A stretch of DNA of 64,000 nucleotides from Sedimentisphaerales bacterium. GTDB lineage: Bacteria; Planctomycetota; Phycisphaerae; Sedimentisphaerales; Anaerobacaceae. The stretch spans positions 6,976,001 to 7,040,000 of the forward strand of contig OY970194.1 in assembly GCA_963708075.1 (NCBI GenBank), in the 5' to 3' direction. Shown here one piece after another: positions 8,371-16,758 of the stretch. Position numbers and translations under genes: made by a program. Every line of letters starts with the position of its first letter. Position 1 is the first letter of the stretch. The notes beneath the pieces were generated by a model, which did no database searches, was not told the DNA's origin, and worked only from the letters and a program-made list of their open reading frames with translations.

Positions 8371-10410
8371 GTGGAATCAGGTCCCGTTAGCAGGCCGGCA
8401 TTTGGGGAAAGAATCGCCAGGAGGCTGTTCGGTGCACCGCGTGACCTTCGCGATCCGCACATCTTTCACAAGCTGTCGCTCATCCCATTGCTGGCGTGGG
8501 TTGGATTGGGCGCGGACGGGCTTTCTTCGTCCGCCTATGGCCCGGAAGAGGCGTTCAGGGCCCTGGGTGGCCACACGTACCTGGCCCTGTTTCTCGCCCT
8601 GGCCACGGCCTTCACGGTAGGCGTCATTGCCTACGCCTACTCAAGGATCATTGAGCATTTTCCGCATGGGGGCGGGGGCTACATCGTGGCCACGCACATG
8701 CTCGGGGAAGGCGCAGGCGTGGTTTCCGGCTCCGCGCTGATCGTCGACTATATCCTGACGATAGCCGTCTCCATCACTTCGTGCGTCGATGCCTTGTTCA
8801 GCTATGTTCCGGCGGAATTCTCCGGGCTCAAGGTTCCAGCGGCCTCGGGGCTGATCGTGCTGCTGGTGATCCTCAACATCCGGGGAGTTCGCGAATCCAT
8901 CCTGGTGCTGGCGCCGATCTTCGTCGCCTTTGTCGTTTCCCACATCCTCATGCTCGGCTACGGCATCGTCAGTCATCTCCATGAGATCGGGCCGGTGGCG
9001 GTCGGTGTCCGCGATGACTTCGCCCATGACTTGTCCACCATTGGGGGCATGGGGATTCTCCTGGTCTTTCTGCGCGCCTATTCACTCGGCGGCGGAACAT
9101 ATACCGGAATCGAGGCCGTCTCCAACGGACTGCAGATTATGCGGGACCCGAAGGTCTGGACGGGCAAACGCACCATGCTGTACATGGCGGCCTCCCTCGC
9201 CGTGACCGCCGGCGGGCTCTTCCTGTGCTACCTCCTGCTGGAAGTGCGGCCGGTGGCGGGAAGAACGCTTAACTCCGTGCTGGCCGACAGCCTGTTCGGC
9301 GGCTGGTATTTCGGCCACGCGGTGGCGGTCTTTACGATCTTCTCCGAGGGCGCGCTGCTTCTGGTAGCTGCCCAGGCGGGATTCATCGACGCTCCCCGCG
9401 TAATGGCCAATATGGCCGTCGACTCCTGGCTGCCTCACCGGTTCGCCTCGCTCTCCGATCGCCTCACGATGCGCAACGGGATCATCATGATCGGCGTATC
9501 CGCGCTGGCGTTGCTGTTGTATACCCAGGGCTCGATCTCGGCCCTCGTGGTCATGTACTCGATCAACGTGTTCCTGACATTCTCGCTCTCAGAATTCGGC
9601 ATGTCCTATTTCTTCATCACAAACCGGAGGAAGGAGGCCAAGTGGAGACAGCATCTCAGCGTCCATCTGACCGGCCTGATCCTCTGCCTGACGATTCTAT
9701 CGATCACCCTGTTTGAGAAGTTCAGGGAAGGCGGCTGGCTGACCCTGGTCATCACATCGCTGTTCATCGCCCTATGCTACCTGATCAAGCGTCACTACCT
9801 GAAAGTGAGAATGCAGTTGACGGAACTGGACGCCGTCGTATCGCAAATACCGGTTTCCGGGCCGATGAATACGAAGCCGGCGGATCGCGGGGACATGACG
9901 GCGATCCAACTCGTCAGCAGTTTCAACGGGGTGGGTGTGCACACGCTGTTTTCCGTCATCCGCTCGTTCCCGGGATTGTACAAGAACTTCGTCTTTGTCT
10001 CCGTCGCCGTCATCGACCAGGGCGCCTTCAAGGGCGAGGAGGGGCTGGCGGACCTCAAGAAATACGCCGAGCAATCCCTGCGCCAGTACGTTCAACTCGC
10101 GCGCATGCTCGGATTTCCGGCCGAATACCGGATGGCGGTGGGGACCGATCTTGTGGAGTCGGCGACCAAGTTATGCAGAGAAGTGTCGCTCGAATTCCCG
10201 CATTCCACGGTCTTCTCAGGGCAACTTTCGTTCCGTCTGGAGAAGCTGTACCACCGTTTGCTGCACAACGAGGCGGCGTTTGCCATCCAGCGGCGTCTGC
10301 AGTGGAGCGGAATCACCAACGTCATATTGCCGATACGAGTGACAGTGCCAAAGACGGACTCGGTCATGTGGTCTGCCGATGACCGCCGAGGCGATACAGA
10401 ACCTGAATGA
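8371..10410 (+). CDS. kimA: APC-family permease, KimA/YdaO-like potassium transporter
   Basis: ADGLSSSAYGPEE, GGGGYIVA, VDYILTIAVS, TGIEAVSNG motifs; ~12 hydrophobic segments plus soluble C-terminal domain; riboswitch context. Confidence 0.8.
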   Translation: MESGPVSRPAFGERIARRLFGAPRDLRDPHIFHKLSLIPLLAWVGLGADGLSSSAYGPEEAFRALGGHTYLALFLALATAFTVGVIAYAYSRIIEHFPHGGGGYIVATHMLGEGAGVVSGSALIVDYILTIAVSITSCVDALFSYVPAEFSGLKVPAASGLIVLLVILNIRGVRESILVLAPIFVAFVVSHILMLGYGIVSHLHEIGPVAVGVRDDFAHDLSTIGGMGILLVFLRAYSLGGGTYTGIEAVSNGLQIMRDPKVWTGKRTMLYMAASLAVTAGGLFLCYLLLEVRPVAGRTLNSVLADSLFGGWYFGHAVAVFTIFSEGALLLVAAQAGFIDAPRVMANMAVDSWLPHRFASLSDRLTMRNGIIMIGVSALALLLYTQGSISALVVMYSINVFLTFSLSEFGMSYFFITNRRKEAKWRQHLSVHLTGLILCLTILSITLFEKFREGGWLTLVITSLFIALCYLIKRHYLKVRMQLTELDAVVSQIPVSGPMNTKPADRGDMTAIQLVSSFNGVGVHTLFSVIRSFPGLYKNFVFVSVAVIDQGAFKGEEGLADLKKYAEQSLRQYVQLARMLGFPAEYRMAVGTDLVESATKLCREVSLEFPHSTVFSGQLSFRLEKLYHRLLHNEAAFAIQRRLQWSGITNVILPIRVTVPKTDSVMWSADDRRGDTEPE

Positions 10411-10448
10411 GAAGAAACCCATGAGTGCCATCCGCAACGTGAGGAGTC

Positions 10449-10532
10449 TGCCGTCACCGGGCCGTCGGCCGGCTTCGCATCATCAACATCTGCATCCCGC
10501 CCTTCGACCTCGCCGATGAGTGGTTTGATTAG
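10449..10532 (+). repeat. 84-bp direct repeat, right copy (orphan cupin 3' end, CRHRAVGRLRIINICIPPFDLADEWFD*)
   Basis: Matches 6651-6734; differences mostly synonymous; the rest of the cupin is not present upstream. Confidence 0.95.
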
Positions 10533-10564
10533 CACAGGCGGAATCTTCGCGGTATAATAAAGAT

Positions 10565-10753
10565 ATGATTCGCAAGGTTGTGCAAATACATCGTATGGAC
10601 GGTTACTCGGAGATCCGGCAGAACCTGGAGTATTGGCTGAGCCGACCCCCGGAGGAGCGCCTCACGGAGGTCGAGGAACTCAGGCGCGAGTACTATGGAG
10701 ATTCGCACCGACTTCAAAGAGTTGCTCGAGTTGTTCAACAAGCACAAGGTTGA
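10565..10753 (+). CDS. Small antitoxin-like partner of a nucleotidyltransferase
   Basis: 62 aa, YWLSRPPEERL..VEELR motif; TATAAT at 10553-10558; overlaps the next gene. Confidence 0.65.
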   Translation: MIRKVVQIHRMDGYSEIRQNLEYWLSRPPEERLTEVEELRREYYGDSHRLQRVARVVQQAQG

Positions 10754-11138
10754 ATACCTCATCGTCGGCGGCTACGCCCTGGCGTTCCATGGCGCACCGC
10801 GTCTCACTCGCGGTATTGATCTATTCGTGGGGCCGACGTACGAGAACGCCGAGCGGATTCTTGCTGCTCTGGATGAGTTCGGCTTCGGCTCGTTGAACCT
10901 GTCCAAGGATGATTTCACCACGCCGGGCATGGTCGTTCAGCTCGGCGTGCCGCCCGTACGCATCGACATCATAACGAGAGTCAGCGGGGTTTCGTGGGAA
11001 AAAGCGGATGCCACCAAGGCCCCCGGCTGCTACGGCGACACACCCGTGTTTTTCATAAGCCGCGAGGACTTCATCGCCAACAAAAGGGCGACAGGCAGAA
11101 CCAAAGATGCCGCCGACATCGAGGCCCTCGGAGAGTAA
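10695..11138 (+). CDS. Nucleotidyltransferase family protein (DUF6036/AbiEii-like)
   Basis: VEYLIVGGYALAFHG.PR.T..ID, RIDII, NKRATGR.KD..D motifs. Confidence 0.8.
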   Translation: MEIRTDFKELLELFNKHKVEYLIVGGYALAFHGAPRLTRGIDLFVGPTYENAERILAALDEFGFGSLNLSKDDFTTPGMVVQLGVPPVRIDIITRVSGVSWEKADATKAPGCYGDTPVFFISREDFIANKRATGRTKDAADIEALGE

Positions 11139-11179
11139 CGATCCTCCTGTCAGAATGGTTGGCCACGCCGGGTCATTTC

Positions 11180-11893
11180 CCACACATTGCTGTGCATCAG
11201 GAGCCTCTGCCGGTCATCTGGGAGCACCGCCGGTACCACAGGGCTGTCCTCGATCCCAGTGGCAGGATCTTCTCCCAACTGGACCGCCAGGATCACCCCG
11301 TGAGGAAGGTGGTCGTGCATGGGTACATCTTTGCCGTGGCCGACGTGCGCGGCTCCGGGGCGTCGTTCGGCACACGCGTGGACCCGACTCCGCCCCAGGA
11401 GAGTCTCGACGCCTACGACATTACGGAGTGGTTGGCAACGCAGCCCTGGTGCACCGGCCGCGTGGGGATGTATGGGATCTCCTACTCCGGCACCGACCAG
11501 TTGACGGCCGCCGCGACATCACCCCCGCATCTCAAGGCCATCTTCCCCGAGATGGTCATGTTCGACCTCTACGATTTCTGCTATCCCGGCGGCATCTGTC
11601 GCCACACCTTCCTGCGAAACTGGCAACAGCAAGTCCGGGCTCTGGATTTGCATCAGGCGCAGAAAGCGGCCCCGGTGGACGCCCCCGAGGAGAAGGCGAT
11701 TCGCTCCGCCGAGCAATGGCCCTTGCCGCAAGTGAAACCGGTGGCGTTTCACTTCTGCAGCGGCCCGTCCGGGTCCGTCAAGTCCGCCAACGATGGTTTG
11801 CTGAGTTCCTCGGCGGGCGGCCCCGGCGTTGATTCGTACGTCGTGGACTACAGCACCACGAGCGGCAGCAGAGCACGCCGGCGCCAACCATGA
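11180..11893 (+). pseudogene. Truncated CocE/NonD-family hydrolase remnant
   Basis: GYIFAVADVRGSGASFG, WCTGRVGMYGISYSG, HLKAIFP, then jumps to C-terminal-domain text; no clear start; much shorter than the family norm. Confidence 0.7.
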
Positions 11894-11979
11894 ATGTGCT
11901 TCGAGGTGGTCGGCATCCCTCGCGCATAGTCCTGCCTATCGTGGATTGACTGGCGGCTGTCCCGCGCGTGACTGCGAGA

Positions 11980-13917
11980 TTAACCGTAGCTGGCAACCAC
12001 AGTGATCTGCCTGGCGGGTGGCACATCAACGTCCACCAGGGCGTAGGTTTGTCCCCACACCGAGCGGAGCGAAAACGGCTGGGGATGCCCATCGATGCAC
12101 AGACTTCGGATCTGTCGGGAGTCTGATGTGAATGGGATCATGAGGGTCAAAGTCTCCCGGGGACCGTTGCCTGCAATATTAAAGGATAGCACGTCTTCTT
12201 GAAAGGAGATCCCTGCAAACCGGGCCGCCTCGCGTGCTTCCCAGAAGGCCAGCCAGCGGTCGGCGCTCCAGATGGGCACGTCCTGGTCATGGGCATAGGC
12301 CATGGTGTTGCGAGCCCATTCGCCTGAAAATGTGCAGTAATGCTTCGGGTGGATATTCATGACGACGGGCTCGTGGAATCGCTCGACGCTTTGCCGCAGC
12401 ATGTCGACGGACCGTTTCGTCGCTTCCTCAAGGCTCAGGCCCTGAGCGCGCCACGTACCCATCTGGACGTCGTCCTCAAACTGCGTGGGTTGCTGGTACA
12501 CGTCGATGATACGGCCGTTGGGATCGGCGAACCTCATCGGCAGGGCGGAGCCCGTCATGTAGCCGTCGAGGCCGGGAAGGTAGGAGACGTAGCTCAGGTC
12601 CATCCGAATCCCGTTACGTCGGTATGTTTTGGGCGGCTCGGCGTAGCCCGCCCAGGACACATTGTGCGCCCTGACGGTCCGGGGCCAGCGACCGAATCGG
12701 AGCACGTAAGAGGCGAGGTCCCGCCGGACCGCCTCTTCCGCCTTGGCGGGCACGCGGGTGAAAAACGGGTGGATGGACGTGCTGTGCCCTCTGGCCAGCA
12801 AGGCGGCCTCCAGATCCCGCGTCACGACGGGGTTGCCGTCGAAGAACAGGTAGAAGGACATGGAGCCGCCGAAGCTCTCCACCGCGTCGGCCTCTTGCAC
12901 AAAGGAGTCGGCTTTGGGCGACCCGCAGCCGTCGCCCGTCATGATCAGAAGCGATTTTGCCGCTTTCGGCAGGCAGTACCATCGGGGCAGAGGCTTGCGG
13001 CACTCCGTCAGCCTCAGGATCAGATCGGACAGGATGCGTTGATGAATATCCGCCTGGGGAATCCAGTCCCGGTCCGGGTCGATGAAGTCGCAGAACAGGT
13101 CATTGGGGCGGACCCCGCCGAACCCGTCGGAATCCTTACTGGCCAAGGCGGGATTCCCCTGGCGTGTGAGTGCCACGCTGCGAGCCATATCGTATACGAA
13201 GCACGCGGCCGTTCCCCACCCGTAGGTGTGAACGGTGACGGCGGGTACGGAAGAGGGTCTGTCCGGCTGATTGCAGAGGAACGCTGTGATCTGGGCCCCG
13301 TTCGGTTCGTAGACGTCGGCCTCGCCGTGAAATTGGATGGATTCGCTCACGAGCGATTCGGCCAGATCGGAGCCGGCCGGCAGGCGGATGTAGCGATCCC
13401 GCAGGACGGCGGATGTCGGCTCCAATCCCAGCAAAGAGGCCAGCTTTTTATCGGGCCTCAGGGCCAGGAGGTTTCCGCCCTCGGCGACATAACGGCAAAA
13501 GGTTTCGACCAGGTCATCCCGCATCCGCATCCGTGTCAGGATGACAATGTCGCAAGCCTTGAGAATCGCCGGGGTAACATGGGTCACGTCGATCGTCTGA
13601 AACTCGTGGAGACCTTCCGTAAGGAGGATTTCGGCGAGGTAGTTGCCGAACCCGTTCTCCGGGTCTCCATCATCCGTGACTACGAGGACGGGCTGGTTTG
13701 GCTCATCGCTGAAATCTGGCACACTGGCAGCCGGCTGGGCCTTCGGCTTGTCAGATGGAGGAGGATTCGTCTTGAAGAAATGCTCGGCCCGCAGGCTGAG
13801 AATGGTTCGCTTCGTCCATGTTGGGACTCCCGCCCGCTGTGCCAACACCCCCGCGCAGAACCCCACGAAAAACGTCAGCACTACCAGGGCTGACAATCCC
13901 TTCCTGCGATGAGCCAT
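11980..13917 (-). CDS. Secreted multidomain protein (GATase-like domain plus polysaccharide-deacetylase-like domain)
   Basis: Signal peptide (…AGVLA|Q); YVAEGGNLL; MTGD, SIHP, VRAH, MNIHP motifs. Domain calls tentative. Confidence 0.55.
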   Translation of the reverse strand: MAHRRKGLSALVVLTFFVGFCAGVLAQRAGVPTWTKRTILSLRAEHFFKTNPPPSDKPKAQPAASVPDFSDEPNQPVLVVTDDGDPENGFGNYLAEILLTEGLHEFQTIDVTHVTPAILKACDIVILTRMRMRDDLVETFCRYVAEGGNLLALRPDKKLASLLGLEPTSAVLRDRYIRLPAGSDLAESLVSESIQFHGEADVYEPNGAQITAFLCNQPDRPSSVPAVTVHTYGWGTAACFVYDMARSVALTRQGNPALASKDSDGFGGVRPNDLFCDFIDPDRDWIPQADIHQRILSDLILRLTECRKPLPRWYCLPKAAKSLLIMTGDGCGSPKADSFVQEADAVESFGGSMSFYLFFDGNPVVTRDLEAALLARGHSTSIHPFFTRVPAKAEEAVRRDLASYVLRFGRWPRTVRAHNVSWAGYAEPPKTYRRNGIRMDLSYVSYLPGLDGYMTGSALPMRFADPNGRIIDVYQQPTQFEDDVQMGTWRAQGLSLEEATKRSVDMLRQSVERFHEPVVMNIHPKHYCTFSGEWARNTMAYAHDQDVPIWSADRWLAFWEAREAARFAGISFQEDVLSFNIAGNGPRETLTLMIPFTSDSRQIRSLCIDGHPQPFSLRSVWGQTYALVDVDVPPARQITVVASYG

Positions 13918-14154
13918 CCTTGTACCCTCTGCTCCATATTGCCTCTGCCCGGCGTACGGGATCAGCCTCCCTGCGAGGCTTGCTGTAAGCGCATGGCAGA
14001 CACGCACTTACCGGAGGAGGGTTTCCCTTCATTCTCGCCACATGGGCGATCGGTCGAAGGTCAGAATAACTATAACAGCGATTCCGCCGTTGGCAAGCAA
14101 AAAGTTTGCCTTTACGAACAGGCGAGCAGTCGGTATCATATTGACCAGTGGTTC

Positions 14155-14226
14155 GCCGATGTAGCTCAATGGTAGAGCACGGCTTTCGTAAAGCCGGGGT
14201 TGTGGGTTCAAGTCCCACCATCGGCT
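14155..14226 (+). tRNA. tRNA-Thr(CGT)
   Basis: GCCGATG/CATCGGC acceptor stem, CGGCT-TTCGTAA-AGCCG anticodon arm, GTTCAAGTC T-loop; no encoded CCA. Confidence 0.95.
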
Positions 14227-14239
14227 GTCTCTGTCGTTT

Positions 14240-14260
14240 GTAGGGTGTGCTATGCACACC
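14240..14260 (+). repeat. GTAG-type REP copy
   Basis: GTAGGGTGTGCTATGCACACC, 13 bp after tRNA-Thr; same family as 5186. Confidence 0.75.
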
Positions 14261-14287
14261 GCTTCCATTGATAGGGGAGAGGCGCCC

Positions 14288-15475
14288 GTGGAGTCTCGCG
14301 ACACACCGGATCAGCAGAAGGAGAGTCCTTCCAGAACCACCGCGCACAAAGGACTATTTGTCCGAGGGGCCGTCATTCTGGGGCTGGCAGTAATCGCTTT
14401 CTGGGCCACAGGTCCTGGACGCCAACTCGTTCAGCAGGCGAAGTACACCGGCAGGGCTGCAACGTTTTCCGGTGATTCGCGGAAACTCACACGGACGGTG
14501 GTTGTTCCCACGCTGGACAGCCCTTGTCCGCCCAGCAAGAACGTCATCTGGTGCTCGTCATTCCAGTTGGCGTGGAACGAGTTGAAAGACAAGGTTATCG
14601 GTGCTCCGCTGCAGGTGATTGGGGCGGAGGAGATCGCCTCCCGGCTCAATACCGCGAGGCAATCAAGCTCGGGCCTGGACCCGAAATCCTTCTACGTGGC
14701 CGGCGGCTGGGTAAAGGACGGGATCATCGACAGAATCAAAAAAGACATGGCCGCGAAGTTCCCATCCCGTGTGCTCCCGGACTTCAATGATTACAGGGGC
14801 GGTGTTCTGGCCTATTCCTACCTCAGGGCCAACGTGCCTTTCAAATGCCCCTTCGAGCAGGTGGCGGAAGGACTTGCCTTTGCTGATTCTCAGGGCGGCA
14901 AGACTCAGGTTGATGGCTTCGGCTTGCCGGAATCGCTTCAGGGCAAGTCCGAGAGAACTCGCCGGCAGATCGAGATACTGTACTACTGGGACTCCGTCCG
15001 GGATGATCATCCTGAGGAGGCATCCGAATGTGCTATCGATCTGTGCAAGTATAGTTGGCCTTATCAGGTGATTGTCGCCCAAGTGGACCTGAAAAGCTCG
15101 CTCGCAGAGACCCTTGAGTATGTTCGCGCTCAGATCGTCAAGGCAAACCGTTTCCACGACAGGCGCGCACTTAGCGGATCGGATATCCTGGAAGTGCCGG
15201 AGATGGTCTGGAAGATTGATCACCGATTCCTTGAAATCGTTGACAAGGTTCTCGCGAATGTGAAGGGGCCGATCACGGAGGCCATGCAGACGATCGAGTT
15301 CAGGCTTGATCGCTCCGGCGCGCACGTGGAGAGCGAAGCCATGCTCGCGGCTAAATCAGCATTGAAACGCCTCGTCTTTGACCGGCCGTTCCTTGTTTAT
15401 ATGCAGAAGCGAGGTGCGGAGCAGCCGTTCTTCGTCATGTGGGTGGACAACGCCGAATTGCTTGTGCGCAGATGA
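14288..15475 (+). CDS. Membrane-anchored serpin-like protein
   Basis: N-terminal TM; NVIWCSSFQLAWNEL; C-terminal F.LDRSGA…VFDRPFLVYM…PFFVMWVDN resembles serpin strands; GTG14288 follows GGGGAGAGG. Confidence 0.55.
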   Translation: MESRDTPDQQKESPSRTTAHKGLFVRGAVILGLAVIAFWATGPGRQLVQQAKYTGRAATFSGDSRKLTRTVVVPTLDSPCPPSKNVIWCSSFQLAWNELKDKVIGAPLQVIGAEEIASRLNTARQSSSGLDPKSFYVAGGWVKDGIIDRIKKDMAAKFPSRVLPDFNDYRGGVLAYSYLRANVPFKCPFEQVAEGLAFADSQGGKTQVDGFGLPESLQGKSERTRRQIEILYYWDSVRDDHPEEASECAIDLCKYSWPYQVIVAQVDLKSSLAETLEYVRAQIVKANRFHDRRALSGSDILEVPEMVWKIDHRFLEIVDKVLANVKGPITEAMQTIEFRLDRSGAHVESEAMLAAKSALKRLVFDRPFLVYMQKRGAEQPFFVMWVDNAELLVRR

Positions 15476-15582
15476 CGGCCGGGGCCGGAATACTCGCGCT
15501 TGGGGGTATCCGCCTTCCTTATTATAATACGGGCAGAGGTCCCTTTAGGCTGAAGGACTTGTTGTACGGAGTTGATGGATAA

Positions 15583-15888
15583 ATGGTGTGCCCACAGTTC
15601 AAATTCGCCAAGAGCGATACATCGCCTGAAGCGCAGCGTGTTCAAGATGACATCTATCGGCGGATGTCTCCGGCCCAGAAGTTGCGGCTCGTCTTTGAGC
15701 TACAGGAAATTGGCAAACACCTGGTAATGGCTGGGCTGCGGACACGCTACCCGCAGGCGAGTGAAGAAGAAATCCGGCATCTCTGGGCACGGCAGCATCT
15801 CGGCGATCAGCTCTATGAAGAGGTATATGGGAGCCGGGGCAATTTGGGACCGAGCAAAGGCCGGGGCGGATACGTAGGACTGGCATGA
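15583..15888 (+). CDS. Small antitoxin-like hypothetical protein
   Basis: SDTSPEAQRVQ…RRMSPAQKL…GLR.RYPQASEEEI pattern; stop overlaps larE start (ATGA); TATAAT at 15523-15528. Confidence 0.55.
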   Translation: MVCPQFKFAKSDTSPEAQRVQDDIYRRMSPAQKLRLVFELQEIGKHLVMAGLRTRYPQASEEEIRHLWARQHLGDQLYEEVYGSRGNLGPSKGRGGYVGLA

Positions 15889-16724
15889 ATCTGACAGAAA
15901 AGCATGAATCGCTTCAGGGGATTTTGAGAGACCTGCGCCGGGTGGTGGTGGCATATTCCGGCGGGGTGGATAGCACGTTTTTGCTCAAGGCGGCCGTGGA
16001 CACGCTCGGGGCGGACAATGTTCTGGCGTGCATGAGTGTCGGGCCGAGCGAGCCGAGCCACCTGCTGGAAAGGGCAGGCAGCGTCGCCCGGAGCATCGGC
16101 GTCGAGATGATGACGATCGAGGCGGGGGAATTGGAGGATCCGAACTTCACGGCCAATAACGCGGATCGGTGCTTTCACTGCAAGTCTCATCTTTGCCGCA
16201 TGCTCCTGGACATCGCGCGGGAACGCGGCTTCGATCACGTTGTTTTCGGTGTCAATCACGACGATCTGGACGATTTCCGGCCGGGCAACCGGGCGATGAA
16301 GGTCCATGGCGTCCGCTCGCCTTTGGCCGAGGCGGGGCTGACGAAGAATGATATTCGCGAATTGAGTCGCCGGGCGGGCCTGCCGACGGCCGACCAGCCG
16401 GCGTCGCCATGCTTGGCCTCACGCATCCCGTACGGCCTGGAGGTCACGGAGCAGCGGCTGCGTCAGATCGATCAGGCGGAAACCTTCCTCCGGTCGCTGG
16501 GTTTTGTCGAGTTTCGCGTCCGCCACCACGATTCGGTGGCCCGTATCGAGGTCCCCCCGGCACAGATTGCCAAGATCATGGCCGAGCCCGTCCGCTCGAA
16601 GGTTGTCGAGCAGCTCAAGTCACTGGGCTTTCAATTCGTGACGCTGGATCTGCAGGGATTCCGCTCGGGCTCGCTGAATGAGTCGTTGTCTCAGGAGCAG
16701 AAGAAGGCCGGTCTGCAAGGGTGA
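15885..16724 (+). CDS. larE: ATP-dependent sulfur transferase LarE
   Basis: PP-loop AYSGGVDS, RCFHCK, DD..DFRPG, SPCLASRIPYG, FRSGSLN. Confidence 0.92.
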   Translation: MNLTEKHESLQGILRDLRRVVVAYSGGVDSTFLLKAAVDTLGADNVLACMSVGPSEPSHLLERAGSVARSIGVEMMTIEAGELEDPNFTANNADRCFHCKSHLCRMLLDIARERGFDHVVFGVNHDDLDDFRPGNRAMKVHGVRSPLAEAGLTKNDIRELSRRAGLPTADQPASPCLASRIPYGLEVTEQRLRQIDQAETFLRSLGFVEFRVRHHDSVARIEVPPAQIAKIMAEPVRSKVVEQLKSLGFQFVTLDLQGFRSGSLNESLSQEQKKAGLQG

Positions 16725-16758
16725 TGCAGCCGGATGAACACTGTACGCATTTTGTCCC

